Shown: piece after piece, positions 12,376 through 26,870 of the stretch
Layout: each line of letters begins with the position of its first letter
Position numbering within the stretch: position 1 is the stretch's first letter
From: Holothuria leucospilota
Lineage: Eukaryota
NCBI GenBank assembly: GCA_029531755.1
Contig: CM055977.1
Location: 30,302,229 to 30,366,228 of the forward strand
DNA length: 64,000 nt
Reading direction: 5' to 3'
Translations under genes and position numbers: made by a program
Notes under the pieces: generated by a model
What the model was told of the DNA's origin: nothing
The model's input: only the letters and a program-made list of their open reading frames with translations
Databases searched by the model: none

Positions 12376-15300
12376 CCCTGGGTACGGGCACGAGGTCATG
12401 AGTACTGGTGTGGGTGCTAGGCCCTGGTATGGGTGCTGGACCAAAGACAACTGAACCTTGAGTACCAGGTACCGGCCTCAGTTCGTGACTATATAGAAAC
12501 AGGGGCTCGAGTACGGACTACGGGTACGTCAACACTAGAACCTATACAGCCAGGTTATGGCACAGTGTGGTCCCGTTGACGGCTCACATCCGGCGCCTGG
12601 GCCAATGGGAGTTTTCAGTTTGCACTCAAAAGCTAATATCCTGCCATACAAAATTACTCCAAGCTGTGATACAAACACTGCATATTTGTCGACTTCGCTT
12701 TGCGGTCGAGAAAGGGGGTTAATGTCCGATGTTCGTGAAGCGTTCGAAGTGGATCGCAACCTACGAAAATGGCATCGTCTGAGGTGGGCCTCCTTTGACC
12801 ATGTGGAATTGTTTTTATTCCAGCCAGCCTTTTTTATTTTTTCGTGATTGATTTAGGAACCTTTTAAAGAGACTATTCTGTCTTTTTATTGCGAACTTGT
12901 CACAAAACGGATTGATTTGTGAACAATTAAAGTTTGAAAACCAAGCTATTGCAAACAGTTAAACTGTTGTTTTTTTACGGAACAAGCTTTTTAAAGTCCT
13001 TAATGTTTTTGTAATCTGAATGAAGAATCTGACTCAATTTCGTGATGGGAAAAGGGCGGTGAAGAGTTCAATCTTGACCGACGAATGGAACTTTATAAGT
13101 TTCAGTTACAAATTAGAAACACACCTCAGGCCGTCCTCTGCTATAACACACATGGTCACAAGCAAACTTGGCAATATATTTAATCATTTCGGGTATTTTC
13201 AGCAAACAAAATATCCAGTTTTTTTACGTACGGATAGCCGCCCATCTAATACACCCTCACCTGAGAAATAGGTATATGACGTTACTGGACTTGTTCAAGA
13301 GCTCGTTGTATCGCAATTGTATGTAGGTTCTTGGGGAGTACTTTGTTTAGACGAAGGTAAGTTCTGTCCATTGCATATTTAATTGTGCAAAATACCATCT
13401 GGTATAGGCTACTCACATAGACTTTATTTCACTTATAGCCCTAGTCGAAAATTGACCTCATAAGGCCTTCTCATAATATTTTAGTTGCTTTAAAATATAA
13501 ATGAACTTTACATGGCATGGACGTAGTATGTATGGTCAGTCTGGGGTATGAACAGACCTTCGAAGGAAAGTTTTAAGCAAAGAAACATTTGGCATGTAAA
13601 TTTGTTATGGAATTATGTGCACTGGAAAAAAATTCAAAAGGGCGGAAAGTGTTCGCCCTGAAATTTTCTCAACTGGCAAACAATTGTTCCATGAATTTTC
13701 TCCTTAAAACGACCATTTTTGCTCTGAAATCTATACTTTTTTGCTCAAGAAGATGTTGCCTCCTACCCAGATCCCCTGCTAATCATTAGTCTATGTAAAT
13801 ATTCACATCACCTGCTATGAAGTCGAATAGACTTTTACACGTAAAACAAGTTGGAACTGAACCATGGGAGAAATCGTTTCCAAGCGAGGGAGCATCTCTC
13901 TTGCCCTTTGAGAACAATGTGTCGGGAACTGCACAAAACAAGGCAGTTCATCAAGACGAAGATGAGTTGTCACCAGGCTCATATAACAAAGCTAGATTCT
14001 TGTCGGGTTACGGTGTAGGCTATTTAACGACGTTAAACCAGTACGTTAGGTTACGTTTGATTCACCTGATCCACATTTTATTTTCATCCACTTCCAATTG
14101 CATGTTATCGGTTTCTTTTGATCCCAACACCTACATGCCTCGTAAGCAAGATTCTGATCATTATCCGTCAATCACAATCTAAGGCAAAATACTAATTTTT
14201 GTAAAAACCTTTAACATTCCTTTAGTCACAAATTTCTAATTTTAAATAATTTGATGAAAGGACGTGTCTTTGATTTGACGGAAAGCACCTGGCTCGTTAT
14301 GTCTGAATTTTCGATAGTATTGAAAACGCTTCATTATAATTGTAATTTTCCTGTTTAATTATTCAGCAGTGTGAGAGGGTGAATAACGTAAAAGTATTTT
14401 AAGTTGGCACGTCCCCACCATACATTTTAAACTCCATACATGAAAAACACCTTAAAATGATCAAAAACAGGAAAAACACCTTAAAATGATCAAAAGCAGA
14501 AAAAAAAAACGAGAAAACATGTTCAAGAATAACAGAAGTCGACGAAAACAACAGTGTTGAACCGATAAGCCTATCAAAATTCGGTGATATCGGTATAGTG
14601 GGTCGATTTCTGGGGCGGATCCAGGATTTTGCCATATGGGAAGGGGGCATACGAGTTCAAAACGGACCTTTACCTCACCCACATCGCTTGGGGTAGATGT
14701 TAGAGGGTGAAAAGTTAGCAACCCAACCCCTAGATTTTAACAATCCATCACATAAGCAAAATTCATCACTACAGTTCTGCGTCTTCCACGCGTGGGCCCC
14801 AGTATTCAGTGGAAGGGGGTGCCCAATCAGGACTCATGGAAGGCAGCCACCCCATGGCCTCATTTAAAATCTGACGGTGGTCGATATTCATCATATAAGC
14901 CTTTTAGTCTAATTTTAAATGTACCTCTAAAATTTACTCATGACGATGATTCGACGTCGCTGAAATGGTCAAGTGTTACTTTCCTAGTAGTTTTACCTAT
15001 AGAGGTTCTTCACTGACGTCACAAATACATGTGACAACAACAAAGTCAGCCATATTGGACGTCATACTTATCGCGCGCAACATGTATGATGTGTACAAAA
15101 AGTATTCATTTGGTCAATGGTTAAAATGTGTAGTTCATTCTTTGTAAAGAATGTTTCTCGATGATAGCTAAAGTTCGTATTCGTCAAGGAAATCACAGGG
15201 CCGAAGTTTTATTATCGATTTCCAACAAATGTACAAGATGGGCTTCTGAAATTCTTTATATGTACACCTCTACATGTGACGTCACACAACTGGGATTGCC

Positions 15301-18300
15301 CGCGGCAATCCCAATCGATTTGGACTGCCAGGCATTGCCGGGCACAGCACACGCATTACCACAGATACTACTGTGACACAATGGACGGTTGCCCGGCAAA
15401 ATGTCTGACAACCATGCGCGATCACGTGACGCCGGTGAAACATCTCTATTGGTGCACAGTTCAGGTGAAGCACCCATATCGATGACACAATTGGTTGGTG
15501 CAAACGTCTTCCCCAGATAAACAATTGTCAGCTCCTTGCATTTGCAAAAGCCGCAGGCTATGGTGGTAACATGCGGTATGCCCCTAGACAATAGAATGGT
15601 GGGGTGTGCAAACAACATTTTCAGAGCAGTTTATACAGCATGTTGACTTGCTGATATTACACACCACCGATATAACCTGTGATGATGGAGTGGACCTAAA
15701 TATATACAGTACGTCTAAGTAAAGAGAAACGATGTCGCGGTAGCCTTCAGGCCTATACCATGGACCAAGCGACAGTCCCTGAATTAATCACATGAAAGAT
15801 AACTTAGCAATATGCTTTTTATAGTATTTTCTTTTTAAATTTATCGGTGTCGGATAGATATCGTCCTGTATTGGGATTTGAAATAATCGACATCGGTTCA
15901 AGCTGATATTGGTAATGTTTGTCCACAGCTAATTTTAACTTTCCCACCAAATTTCACCATAGGTTATAGAATATTCTTTCCTACATATATATTGGCTATT
16001 ATAATAGCCAATTATTCTGTTACCTCATCCCAACTGCATTACGGGACGAGAGTATTTAAATAAAGCCAGCAAGGCCACCAAGAGGGGAACATAGGGTATA
16101 CCCCAGTCAAGGCTTTTGCCCCATTGCCCCTACCTCAGTCCGCAGTTATACACTGTACAGGATCAATACGCACACCCAACTTTTGCCCCCATACCTGCTT
16201 TTCCCCTTGTCCCACAACTTTGAAATTCGCCACCGCTGAATATAGCAACATAATATCCTTATATACTATTCTAATACCAATAGCTTAGTTGTGTAGGCCT
16301 AGATGACTGAAGATACGTTCCACCATTTTGTAGCGCCCAAGGGCCTTTCTCTTAAGTAGGTCAGTTTGCTATTCATTCCTTCGTTATCTTCATTATCTGA
16401 TCCTCCCACTCCTCTTAAAACCATGACTTGTCTCTTAATTGACTTGCCCAATTATTCCCATCTTAACCTACATTTCTTTATCATGATATCCTTACGGTTC
16501 TCCTGCCATTGTCAGTCGCCAAATATTTTATCCATCTAAGTATGGTAACACGTAATTCTGAGAAGACGAGAGGGAAGCACTTGAACGCAATTGAGATCCC
16601 TAATGTGCCGGGGTCTCTCTCTCATCATACTTCTGGGCCTCATTACCTCGCCGCTGATTTTGATGACATGAGATTATTTTCATTTCCTGTCAATCGCTAA
16701 GCCATCAGTTCAGGAGAGTGAATGTTTTTATTAATCGTGTACTCAACCCCCTTCGTTCGTCAAACAGTACACCCAAGAACCCTTGGAAGGGTTCGCTGTC
16801 AAGAAGAGAAAGCCTTCCCAGGTTTCGTATTTAGAAGTTTCACCTGACAAGTTAAATACCGCGTCAAACCAAATCCGTATGAATATAAATTGATGAGATG
16901 ACAATTTTTGAGAAATGTCAGATGCCTAATGGGTGGTCCAACATAAAATCAAGGAAGCATTATTATGACAAGAGGGGATGCTCAGGACTAAACGTGGGCT
17001 TCGCAGTCGAACTTGACTCAAGTCCGTCAATCATCGCTTCGTCCAATCACTGTTATCCTAAGAATCTACCTAATTGCCCCTCGAGATTGCTGTAGGAAGA
17101 CTACCATTCGCCAACGGCAGGGAAACTCTTGAACCGCTCACTTAGCACTGTTTTAAAGCATCAACGAAGGCCTACAGAGAGAAGCTACCCCGTTGTGAAA
17201 AGTAATTTGCAGGCGGGCTTTAATGTCAACATAATCCTCTCCAAACCGTGTCGTCTCGCATTCATCCCGGGTCTTCTGCATCCGAATCGATTCAAATCAA
17301 AACTAATTTTTTCTCCCTCTCTTCTTTTCTAAACAGTCAGTTGGTTATATCAATTAAACGACAAAGGCGGAGATGATGGCTGGTTCTGCCCCGGGGAGAC
17401 AGCAAGAGGTTTTCATTCGCGATATGAGTTTAAAAATATGACTCGACAAACACACGAAAAAGAATGTATAAAATCAACATTGTAATGGGGGCAATAACTC
17501 GGCTGGTTCCTATTCGAGTTTTCAATATCGAGCTTGATTGATAAGTCTTCGGGAAGCTGTCTTCATCGTATACTTTCAAAACAGTTTAAATTGTTTTCGT
17601 AAATTGGTGTCCCTGTTTATTTAGTCATTCTTTAATCTCCTGGTCACGTGGGTATATAGACGAAGGAATGGCTGCTATGAGCCACATCTGTCATAAAGCA
17701 TAGAGAGAAATCGTGGAGAAGCTGTTTATTTTGACTGACACAAACATGTATAAACTTTTACTCTATCGAAGTTAATGAAGATTAAAATGCCTAATAGATG
17801 GGATGTGCTTCAAGTCTTGCGGAAAAAGAGTCTTAGCAAGATAAATGAGAGGCCGTTTAAATCGATGATTAAAAGAGACAGCTTAGTTTAATAAATTAGG
17901 GATTTGTTTGGACTTGTAAAGAATTAAAATTCAAAGTGGACAATTAGCAACGATCATCGCCATTGATTGCTTATCAACTTTCAAGTTGAAGACTTTGTTG
18001 AGGTAAGGAAGGGTATTCGGGAGGAGTTTATAGGTATCTTAGATGTGTAGCCCTTGTTGTTTTTAAGTTGATAACAAGACAAAGTGAAATTACTTTTAAG
18101 TGAATCATATGAACAATTCATTGGCGGTGATAATTTATTTAATTAAATGTGTTTTCTTTGGGGAGGAAGGGGGTCGAGGGTTGAAATTAGTTTGACTCTC
18201 TCGCGAGATAATTGTAATAGATGAAAGGGAAGTTTAAGCCATGAAAAACACGGTCTATGTAAGCCGTGTGGGTTTGTGGTAACAACGTTATTATATGTAG

Positions 18301-20670
18301 TGCTTGCCGGGATGGGATAGGCATTCTTGGGTTTAATTAAAGTAGAAGGGAAAACAAAGTACTTGACACAGAATTATTACCACGCTCGTAGACAAAGTAA
18401 CCAATTGGGGGTCACATTTACATGCACAAGAGAAATACAGTAATGGGGGAGTTTCTGTGGGATTTATGGGGGAGTGAGTGTTCCCTCTTAGAGAAGTTCT
18501 TCTTATTTGGGTATAAGACACTGACTGGGGTCGATTCTTCCATCTGTTTGCCTTACATATGCGGTCAACTCATTGGCCTTTTTTTTAACAAAAAGAGAAA
18601 TTGAAGAAGTTTGTGGCAAGTAGTTCTCCCTCATGCCCCCCTCTGTTGCTATGAATCAGATTATGACATCAATAGCTTCGCCACAAGGATTGAGAGTAAA
18701 TAATCCCAAGTTAAACTCGGCATAGAAGGAAGTGTAAACATTTGCATATCAGCAGGGTGTCTGATTGTGAAATATCAGCTAAATGTGGCAAGTCTCAAGT
18801 CCTCACATTTCCCTTAAAGGTATGTTTTACATGTATGGTGGAATGATATTTCACAAATTACGGTAAACCAAGCCAACCAATTATCTTGTATCAAGTTAAT
18901 AATTAATGAACAAATTTTGTTACATAACTAAACGAAATCATGCAGTGCATGATTTCACGTACCGGGTAGCTTTTTTCCGCAGGACTGATAGTCAAATCGA
19001 CCAGGCATGTGACATGAAAATTACATAGTTGGATATTTGATGTAAAAAGCATTAAATATCCAGAAAATAGCCGCAATTCCCATTAAAATCCATCAAATAT
19101 TGACCATTTTACAGGGTAATTTATATTTCACACTTGTATGATGAATAGACATGAGCTAAATATGCAATTATGCAAATATGTGACATCGAAAGATGGACAT
19201 ACCATATATGGCTCATGTTAGCCTTTGTTTTTTCAACCATAATTCCAAGGACACTGGTAGCATAATTATCCCCTGAGGGGTTTATTATGAAAGTAAAATT
19301 TTTTCCTTCAGAAATATTGATATCTTTCACCAAACTGTAATCTATATCTAATCAGTAATTAAAAGATAATTGATATAGGGTGAACAAAAGAAATCTTAAC
19401 ACTGTGCAACACTCCGCATCATTATTTTTGTATAGGCTATGAGTGTCTTCAGGAATCATAAAACTTTGAAGACGTACATTTTGAGAACGGTAAAAGATAT
19501 TGAAATAATTCCAACGGATCTTTCATTGGAGGGCTTCATTCTTTAACTGACAAGTGAAACAGCTCTTTTTGGTGACATGTCACACGACCTTTAAGTGAAA
19601 GTACACTTTTCGAAAACGTTCTGAATCATTGTCCAGTTTTGACCTCGAATTATGAAATGCCATACCGATACGTGATTCTCCTTGGTCATTTATACTACTA
19701 AGCCTTTTTCAAGGCATTGTCTGGTGGAATTTTGTAGGGGTCTTATATATGAAAGATAGAAAATTTTCATTACATGTCATCCATACCCCATATCAAAACT
19801 CCATTTCTAACTCAAGATATCTCTTCCTAAAGATTGGTTACTTTTAATAAGAAATACCTCCAAGTTTCCTAAAGGTCACAAAACGTGATCCAAAGTGGGC
19901 AGATTGCCTCAGATTCCTTTTGTTATTCTTTACAATTGGCTACCTTGTTTGTCCTTGAAATTTGATACCGTTGGAATGTTTAGATATTTTTCCGTGTAGA
20001 TATAGTGAAAAACTGTTCCATACTTACGGTACAGCAAATAAAGTTATGGAATATTCAGTATAGTGATATCAACATTATAAAGAAATACAAAAGCTACATC
20101 AAATCCATTTGCCCAGATGACATCACAGATTTCCCATCATGCACTAGGGAAACTGAAAATCTAGTATTTCTTCAAAAATTTGTATCTTCCGAATGCAAGA
20201 TGCTATTGAGATGGGGTTTTCACTGCCTAGCACAGAAAATTTTCCTGCTTTTTTGAAAGCATCAAATTTGGTCACTAGACCATGCTTTTAATCGTAACCC
20301 CATAGGCAGGATTATGAGGGGGACAAGCGGGCACTTGTCCCCACACGCTTTTTGGAGGCTTAAAAAATGATAACAAAAATGTACAAAATGGAGCTAACCT
20401 GTAGGAATTGTGAGGGAATTTTTAATGCTATAGTAAATTTTGCAATGTAAAATAAAAGAAAACCTTTATATCATACGGTGTACCATAAAAATGCCAAACG
20501 GATTTTTTTCTGGGAGCGCTTCGCGCACACTCGCAATGAAATCTAACTAATACAGTTGCGAAGATCAAAGGTATGGAGGCAAGGGTTAATTTCTGTTGAA
20601 AAGTTTGTTTGGTATCTTAATTAAAATTTCTTCCAAAGCATGAGCGTCGAGTTCGCCTTCACACTATTGC

Positions 20671-21266
20671 CAGTTCGGGAGATAACCGCTTTCGGGGGAA
20701 AATCGATTTTCGCCCGATCGGGGGAAAATTTTGTCATGGGTGGCGCCAATTTCAAATTTCTCCCATCATACGTTGCGATCCTACCGCGCAAATTCAACGG
20801 AGACGAACGTTCAAAACAACCTGAAAATTTTCGTCGATTTTAGGAAATAGAACTGCTGGCATATTTAAAAAGTTTGTTACTAGGGGAACAAAAAAGCCGG
20901 ATTATTTTTGATTGTTCATCGCGCAGATTTTGAGATATCGAGCAATTTTGTTACATTCTTTGTCCTAAGCTTATTTAGACTCGATACAGCCGCAAGTTTT
21001 GTGCACTGTTTTCCACACAAAGGTGTGCAAGTAAATTGTGCCAGCACTTGTGTTTATTAACACGCTGTTGAAAGTTCCTTGTGGTTTCACTCTTTGTGTG
21101 TGAACTATTATATTATATTCAAATACACACACATTTATTAAACAAATCGACGACTGTGAAGAGGTAGACACTATGTGCTCATAAATATTCATGCTCCGAG
21201 TCAGGCAAAATTTCCCCCGATCGGGTGAATTCTCATTTTCTCCCCAAAGCAGTTATCTCCCGAGCT
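20671..21266. mobile_element. ~600-bp non-autonomous TIR element with ~62-bp terminal inverted repeats
   Basis: The left end is CAGTTCGGGAGATAACCGCTTTCGGGGGAAAATCGATTTTCGCCCGATCGGGGGAAAATTTTG. The reverse complement of the right end is CAGCTCGGGAGATAACTGCTTTGGGGAGAAAATGAGAATTCACCCGATCGGGGGAAATTTTG. The internal 67-aa ORF is not credible. Confidence 0.75.
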
Positions 21267-22699
21267 GTTTGCGGCGACTTGAAGACCTGAAATAAGGGTC
21301 GCAGACAGTACGAAATGTTCGTCATTACACGCATGCACAATGGTCCTTGCATATTCAATTCAGAAATCTATACCTGTGTTACAGGGAATACCTATTCTCA
21401 GTATCTTTTCGTCGTGCTTCGTTTGAGCTCAGTATCAAAGTAGGTGTCTCGTTATTACTGCTGTCCGTAGGAAACCTTTTGTGAAATTGCCTCCTTATTA
21501 CTTCCTGTCGGACAACTTGAGTAAATTACTATATCAAAAACCTTTGCACCCCACCCCGGCGATGTTCACTTTTCCAACCAACTATCGCCCATCCTCATTA
21601 AATTTGCATTTATCATAAGAAAAATATTTCATTTAAATTTCAAATAACACCCAATGGGGGCGAAGGATTTTCCTACAAATGGTCCTGCAGAATGGCCACA
21701 AAAGCCATCAAATTTAAGACAAATTCTCTGGGAGGACCCTCGGCCCTCAGTCTCCGGTTTCGCGCCTTCGTGCCTCGAAGCCAAAGGTTTTACGATTAAA
21801 CCTTACGAAGATGCAGCCTCCAATGCAAATTACTTCCCTGGTATTTTTATTGGGGATGACCACGGCGATTTCCCTGTCAGAAATTCCCATAACAGCATTT
21901 CACTGATTTTGGAAATTATGATATACCTATAACCCTAATACTCTGATCGCCCCTACAAAATTACACTTTACTAACCTGCAGTTTTTTAGTTTGCGCAGTA
22001 ATAAAAAGTTGAGAGGGTCCCTTGTCCCAGACCATCGACAAAAATTAAACATGAAAGAAAGAACAGGACGCTGGGAAAAGCAGGAAAATCTTTTACACAA
22101 TGGACGATATTGCATTTAAAAATAAAGAAAAACAATAGGCTACAATAAAGTGTTTTAAACAACGCTGTTTTCTTCGCCGCTAGTTTTGCCACTCTTCTTA
22201 TCTTCCACCCTTCAAGCCCCTCCCCCACCCCAAGTGATCAGCTGTTTGTGTACCTGTTCATCGCGCAAACTCAAACGCCACGCATGTCCATAGGTCCACA
22301 GTTTTGAAAGCACAGAGAGGCCCTCGTCCGGGAAAGTTTTTGTCGATTCAATGCACCTCACAAGGTTATTCCCCCATGGAAATTCCACCATGCAAGGGCT
22401 TTAATGTCAAGAAATAGTGTGGAAAACATTTCCTATGTTTATTCTTTTGTGGAGTGTCGCGGATACTTTTACCCCCTCCGCTTACCCTTCCTCTTCCCCT
22501 CCCATCTCCTCTGGTCTTCAATAATAAATTATTTGTGCTCGGAGTAAGTCTCTTCCATGTTACCTTAAGCCAATTTCGTGACATATTCACAAATATGGAT
22601 TAAGGTTACTTTAATCTGAAGAGGCCAATTAATGGGGAATGGTTTCACCAATTAAATTATTAAGTTGAGGGCTATATCGGAATTTATATAACCTTCTTG

Positions 22700-22870
22700 C
22701 CTACGTAGCAGGCTGTACGGCATATTCCTTGTTCAGTGGTTTGGCAAGCTGAGGAGCTGAGCAAACAGAGTCTGCCCGCGGGGTAATACCCTTCCCGCTT
22801 TTAATATTCACTTCTCACCCAAATGTTAAACACAAGTGACCTTGATATTCCACGCTAGCGCCTTCTCGTG
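22700..22870 (+). repeat. dispersed repeat (family C) sharing blocks with 5215-5270 and 5900-6080
   Basis: Shared blocks include GCAGGCTGTACGGCATATTCCTTGTTCAGT versus GCAGGCTTTACCGCATATTCCTTGTTCAGT, and GCTGAGCAAACAGAGTC versus GCTGAGCAAAGAGAGTC. Confidence 0.45.
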
Positions 22871-24686
22871 TGAACCTATACGAAGTCCGCAATTCCCTCC
22901 AACCAAAAAGTTTTAACAACTAATTAAATTTTAAAGTTATATTTATCTACTTTTATTATTCGAGCATCTCAAATGTTGTCATAGACCAGACCCATCCAAC
23001 CCCACCTCCGACCAATGAGCAGCCATCTACTAAGGTTTTTCTTATCTGCTTATCGGGTTTCATTTCCCAAAGAAACATGTGTCAAGGGAGAAGGCTTGGC
23101 CACAGCTTACCTATCCGTTCAAACATCCTTTTATCTATTTAGTAACTGTTTATCGCTGATACGGTTTTATTTTTCTGACATTCTTCGATTGAGATGTTCA
23201 ACTCAGTTTTATTGTGCGCTTCTCTTCATTCAAGGGATGAGCCTCTTGTGAGGGCTTTTAACGACTTTTTCATCGAAGACAAAGAGATCGTTGCAGATTA
23301 TTTAACCACACTCCGTCGGTGCAATTAGTGTCCATTCTCACCGAGTGTTATCTTCGACACTTCACTTCTTAGAGAAAAGAGAAAGCCTCTTTTCAACTTC
23401 ACACTTAGAGCTGAGTTTGCTCTAAAGAGCGATCGAAGACACTCCGGAAATATTTGCTTGGGGTCTCCTAATCAAAAAGAATAATTCTTTTCACTTGAGG
23501 CTAGAGAAAACAGATAAAAACTCCCCCTCCCCCTTTTTTCAATTGTCTATCGTAGTCTCTTTGTTAAGTATTTGCTCAAGTGTTCCTGGAGTACCTCATT
23601 AATGGTCAATACAGGGCCGAAATGTATATGTTTGTAAATGTCAGTGACAGAATCGTCTAGATGGGCAAATCGGGTCATTTAAGTGACATCTTCTTTATTG
23701 GAAATCTAAAGGCTCGTTCTTCAGGGGGAAGCAATCGCCTTCCAATGTAATAAGTTCGTTTTATTACGCAATACTTCAATACGACAGATAAAGTTGTTTC
23801 TAATCCTTGCACTAATAAATCTTTCGCAAATACAGTTAAGAAAATTTTGCTCCTTTTCTCTCGGTAAAGGTAACTTGTTGTGTCTTTACAAACAAGCTAA
23901 AAAGTACAAATTGCATGACACAAGGACCACAGGAAATTTGTAGCATTAGCCGACAAAATGTATAGCCTACACAAATTGTATAAAAATTGGTATGAACCTA
24001 CAAAATTTTCTGTAGTGTTTGGCGACATAATCTGCATATAAGTGCAAGGAAATCAAAGGAATTTAAAGTGTACCTAAAGTCTGAAAATTCAAAAATATAT
24101 ATTACAGAGCATGAAAACTGAATTCCAATGGTCCAATTCCCATCTTCACAGGACTTTCTTAAGCTGAGATATAAAATGTTGAAGTTTATTTACTCGATTG
24201 AAAAAGGTAGATTGCGCAATAATTTATGATGTCATTGTTGTACTACTCAAATTACAATCTTTGTATTTCTTTGTTTTTCTGAAAGCCACCGCACCTTGTG
24301 CCAAAATGTGATCGCGTTCTTACTGCTTTGGGGTGACTTGACTATATAAGCCCTCTCTGTACAGCATGTCATGCAAGAAAACAGGAAGCGGTCAAGGTCA
24401 TATAAACATTTTTAATTTTAAAAGAAAACAAAGCATTTAATATGAGTTGTACAACAAGAATGTCAAAAATTATTGCGCAATGAACTGTTTGGATTTAAGT
24501 GAATAAATTTTAACATTTAATATCTCAGCAATGGAATAAGCTATGACAATGGGAGTTGGACCAATAAGATTAATTTTGTAACCTCTAAAATATATATTTT
24601 TGAATTTTTAGACTTTAGGTCCACTTTAAGCTAGGGCCTTCGTAGTGAGGCTTACTTTTAGGCGTAAAATTCACTAAATTTTGTGT

Positions 24687-24745
24687 TATACGTTTTTTTT
24701 TTTTTTTTATTTTTTTTTATTTTATTTTTTTTTTATTTTATAGCG
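24687..24745. repeat. poly(T)-rich tract
   Basis: Direct reading. Confidence 0.9.
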
Positions 24746-25689
24746 ACAAGGTTCGAGTGCCGTTTAACCACAAACGCGCATGCGTTGTATGGTGATCATA
24801 TTCTAAATTACACTGCGTCATTAATTTTGAATCAGTACCGTAGGCTAAGCTATGTGTTAAGCAGTCTGTCTGACTTTCAATTCTTTGAAGGAACCTTAGC
24901 CTCTAATTGGAACTAAACTGATTAATCCTTTGTTTTCTCCTTACAGTTAAAGACTTCATCTTGGGGAGGGGCGTAGGCTGGGGGTGGTCAAGATAGCTAC
25001 CCGCCTCCCTTGCAAGGATTTGGGGGGGATTTGAAGGCACACTTGAACACTATTTGTATGCACACTAGGTGGCAACCCCTTTTTTTCTAACACCGTCTTC
25101 CACCCACCTTGATTCAGAAAGCTGACTACGTCAGGAAATGGGAGGGGCTCTTCTAAACGACAATTTGAGAAACGGCTATACGGTAACAAAATAGATATAA
25201 GGTACCGATGTAGAAGGTCACCATGTAAAGCTGAAGAATCATGCTAGCTAAGAGGCTCCGTATATACATCGATTTAATGCACGCTTCTGCATATCTTTAA
25301 GATGATTAACCGTCATGATCACCACAGATTGTGTCACAAATTATGGTCATAAAACCTCTCAGAAACTACAAGTAATATATGACAAACTCTGAAAAAGATC
25401 GTTCCTGGATGTAAAGATAATCTACCGGAATAGCATTTGAAACGATGCCGGGAGGGATGTAACGGATAATAACGAAATAGCTAAAGTAATTCAGTAACTT
25501 CTTTACTTCTGTCGTCCATTCTATTGTACCTATAGAAATCTTAGTCATGGTATACATGCATCAGGATTAATGAAAGAAAACTCAGTGACACTGTATTATG
25601 AATATACCTCATGTGACAGTGCACTTCGTAGCTAAAGAAATAGATAAGATGTCATGCACAAAAGCTACAGGATATTAACTGTAGAATTC

Positions 25690-26175
25690 TAAAAATTGCC
25701 AAATCTATCATTGAACCATCTCTTACAGAAATTATTAATTTATCGATAAGGACTAATCAGTACCAAATCTCTGGAAACAAGCAAAAGTTACACCGATTTT
25801 TATATCAGATGATCGAAATGATGTACCATATTATTCACCTATCTCTGTCTTGCCAGTTTCATCAAAAGTTTTAGAAAGGCAGTTTTTAATTATTTTATTG
25901 GTATTTAACGAAGTGTTATATCCTGTATGATAAACAATCAGGGTTTGTCTATTGAATTCATGTTGTTCAACACTAGACAGCTAGATGAGTGGACCAATAA
26001 TGTTGATAACGGGAAACTTAATGGTATTCTCTTGATAGACTTGCAGAACGCTTTTGACACAATTAATCAAATGGAAGGGTGTGAGCAGGGTTTGATATGG
26101 GAAAGAAGAATTAAATCTACGCACTCTTGTGAAATTGTCATTCAGTTCCGATGTGTAGTTCTCAGCAAATAAGTT
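25690..26175 (+). mobile_element. CR1/L2-like non-LTR retrotransposon, reverse transcriptase fragment (frameshifted pseudogene)
   Basis: One frame reads KQAKVTPIFISDDRNDVPYYSPISVLPVSSKVLERQFL. This is the classic ..VTPIFKKGD..NYRPISLL...SK..E motif. A shifted frame downstream reads NGILLIDLQNAFDTINQ, the FIDFSKAFDTV RT motif. Stops and frameshifts are present. Confidence 0.75.
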
Positions 26176-26370
26176 TACTGTTCTTTTGTTTTTTATTATC
26201 ATTCTTTATGACACCTCCGAAGAGGTTAAAGAGATTCAAATACATGTGGATCATACATATAGACATTATGAAATATATAAACATAGAAGTGAACTAAGTG
26301 AACTAAGATAAAGAGTGGGACCTGTTCTATTCAGCCAGTCTAGAACGGGACCACTGTCGGGTGGTGTCAG

Positions 26371-26643
26371 TTAAAGGTGATCAGTCGTCTTGAAATATTC
26401 TTTGTGACGTCAGCCTTTTCTTGACATGTTTCTGCAGTCGTCACTGTTCAAGGATACACCGTACAAGTAGCTATGATGACATCGGTATAGCTAGTAGGTA
26501 TACAGCTACAAGCCGTCTCTTCTTGCTTACCGATTAGCTATACCATGCTTGTACGGTGTATCCTTGAACAGTGACGACTGCAGAAACATGTCAAGAAAAG
26601 GCTGACGTCACAAAGAATATTTCAAGACGACCGATCACCTTTA
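26371..26643. repeat. near-perfect palindrome: 97-bp inverted arms (1 mismatch) around an 80-bp spacer
   Basis: Arm 1 at 26371-26467 is TTAAAGGTGATCAGTCGTCTTGAAATATTCTTTGTGACGTCAGCCTTTTCTTGACATGTTTCTGCAGTCGTCACTGTTCAAGGATACACCGTACAAG. Arm 2 at 26548-26643 is its reverse complement. The arms carry TGACGTCAGCC, resembling the TIR of the 4671-4833 element. Confidence 0.85.
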
Positions 26644-26762
26644 AGTCAAAGTTTGTCCCTTGGGGACGTTGTTACTCCTTCAGGGAGCAGAACTCCTTCG
26701 GGAGTATTGTTTGGTTTTCGCCCCTGGCTCTTCGCGAGAGAGTTGAGGGGACTTTTGGAAAA

Positions 26763-26870
26763 AAAAGCGTAGCTAGAAGAGAAGAAAAAGAGAAAGAGAA
26801 AGAGAGAAAAGAAAAAAAAAACTAAGATAAAGAGGAGAAATGAAAAAGAAAGAAAAGACAAGAAGGGGAA
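26763..26870. repeat. purine-rich low-complexity (AGAGAAAG)n tract
   Basis: Direct reading. It underlies the overlapping ORFs at 26571-26933. Confidence 0.9.

Noticed and set aside
25927-26172. 81-aa ORF with LLIDLQNAFDTI as a host gene
   Set aside because: It is a frame of the decayed CR1-like reverse transcriptase, a mobile-element pseudogene.
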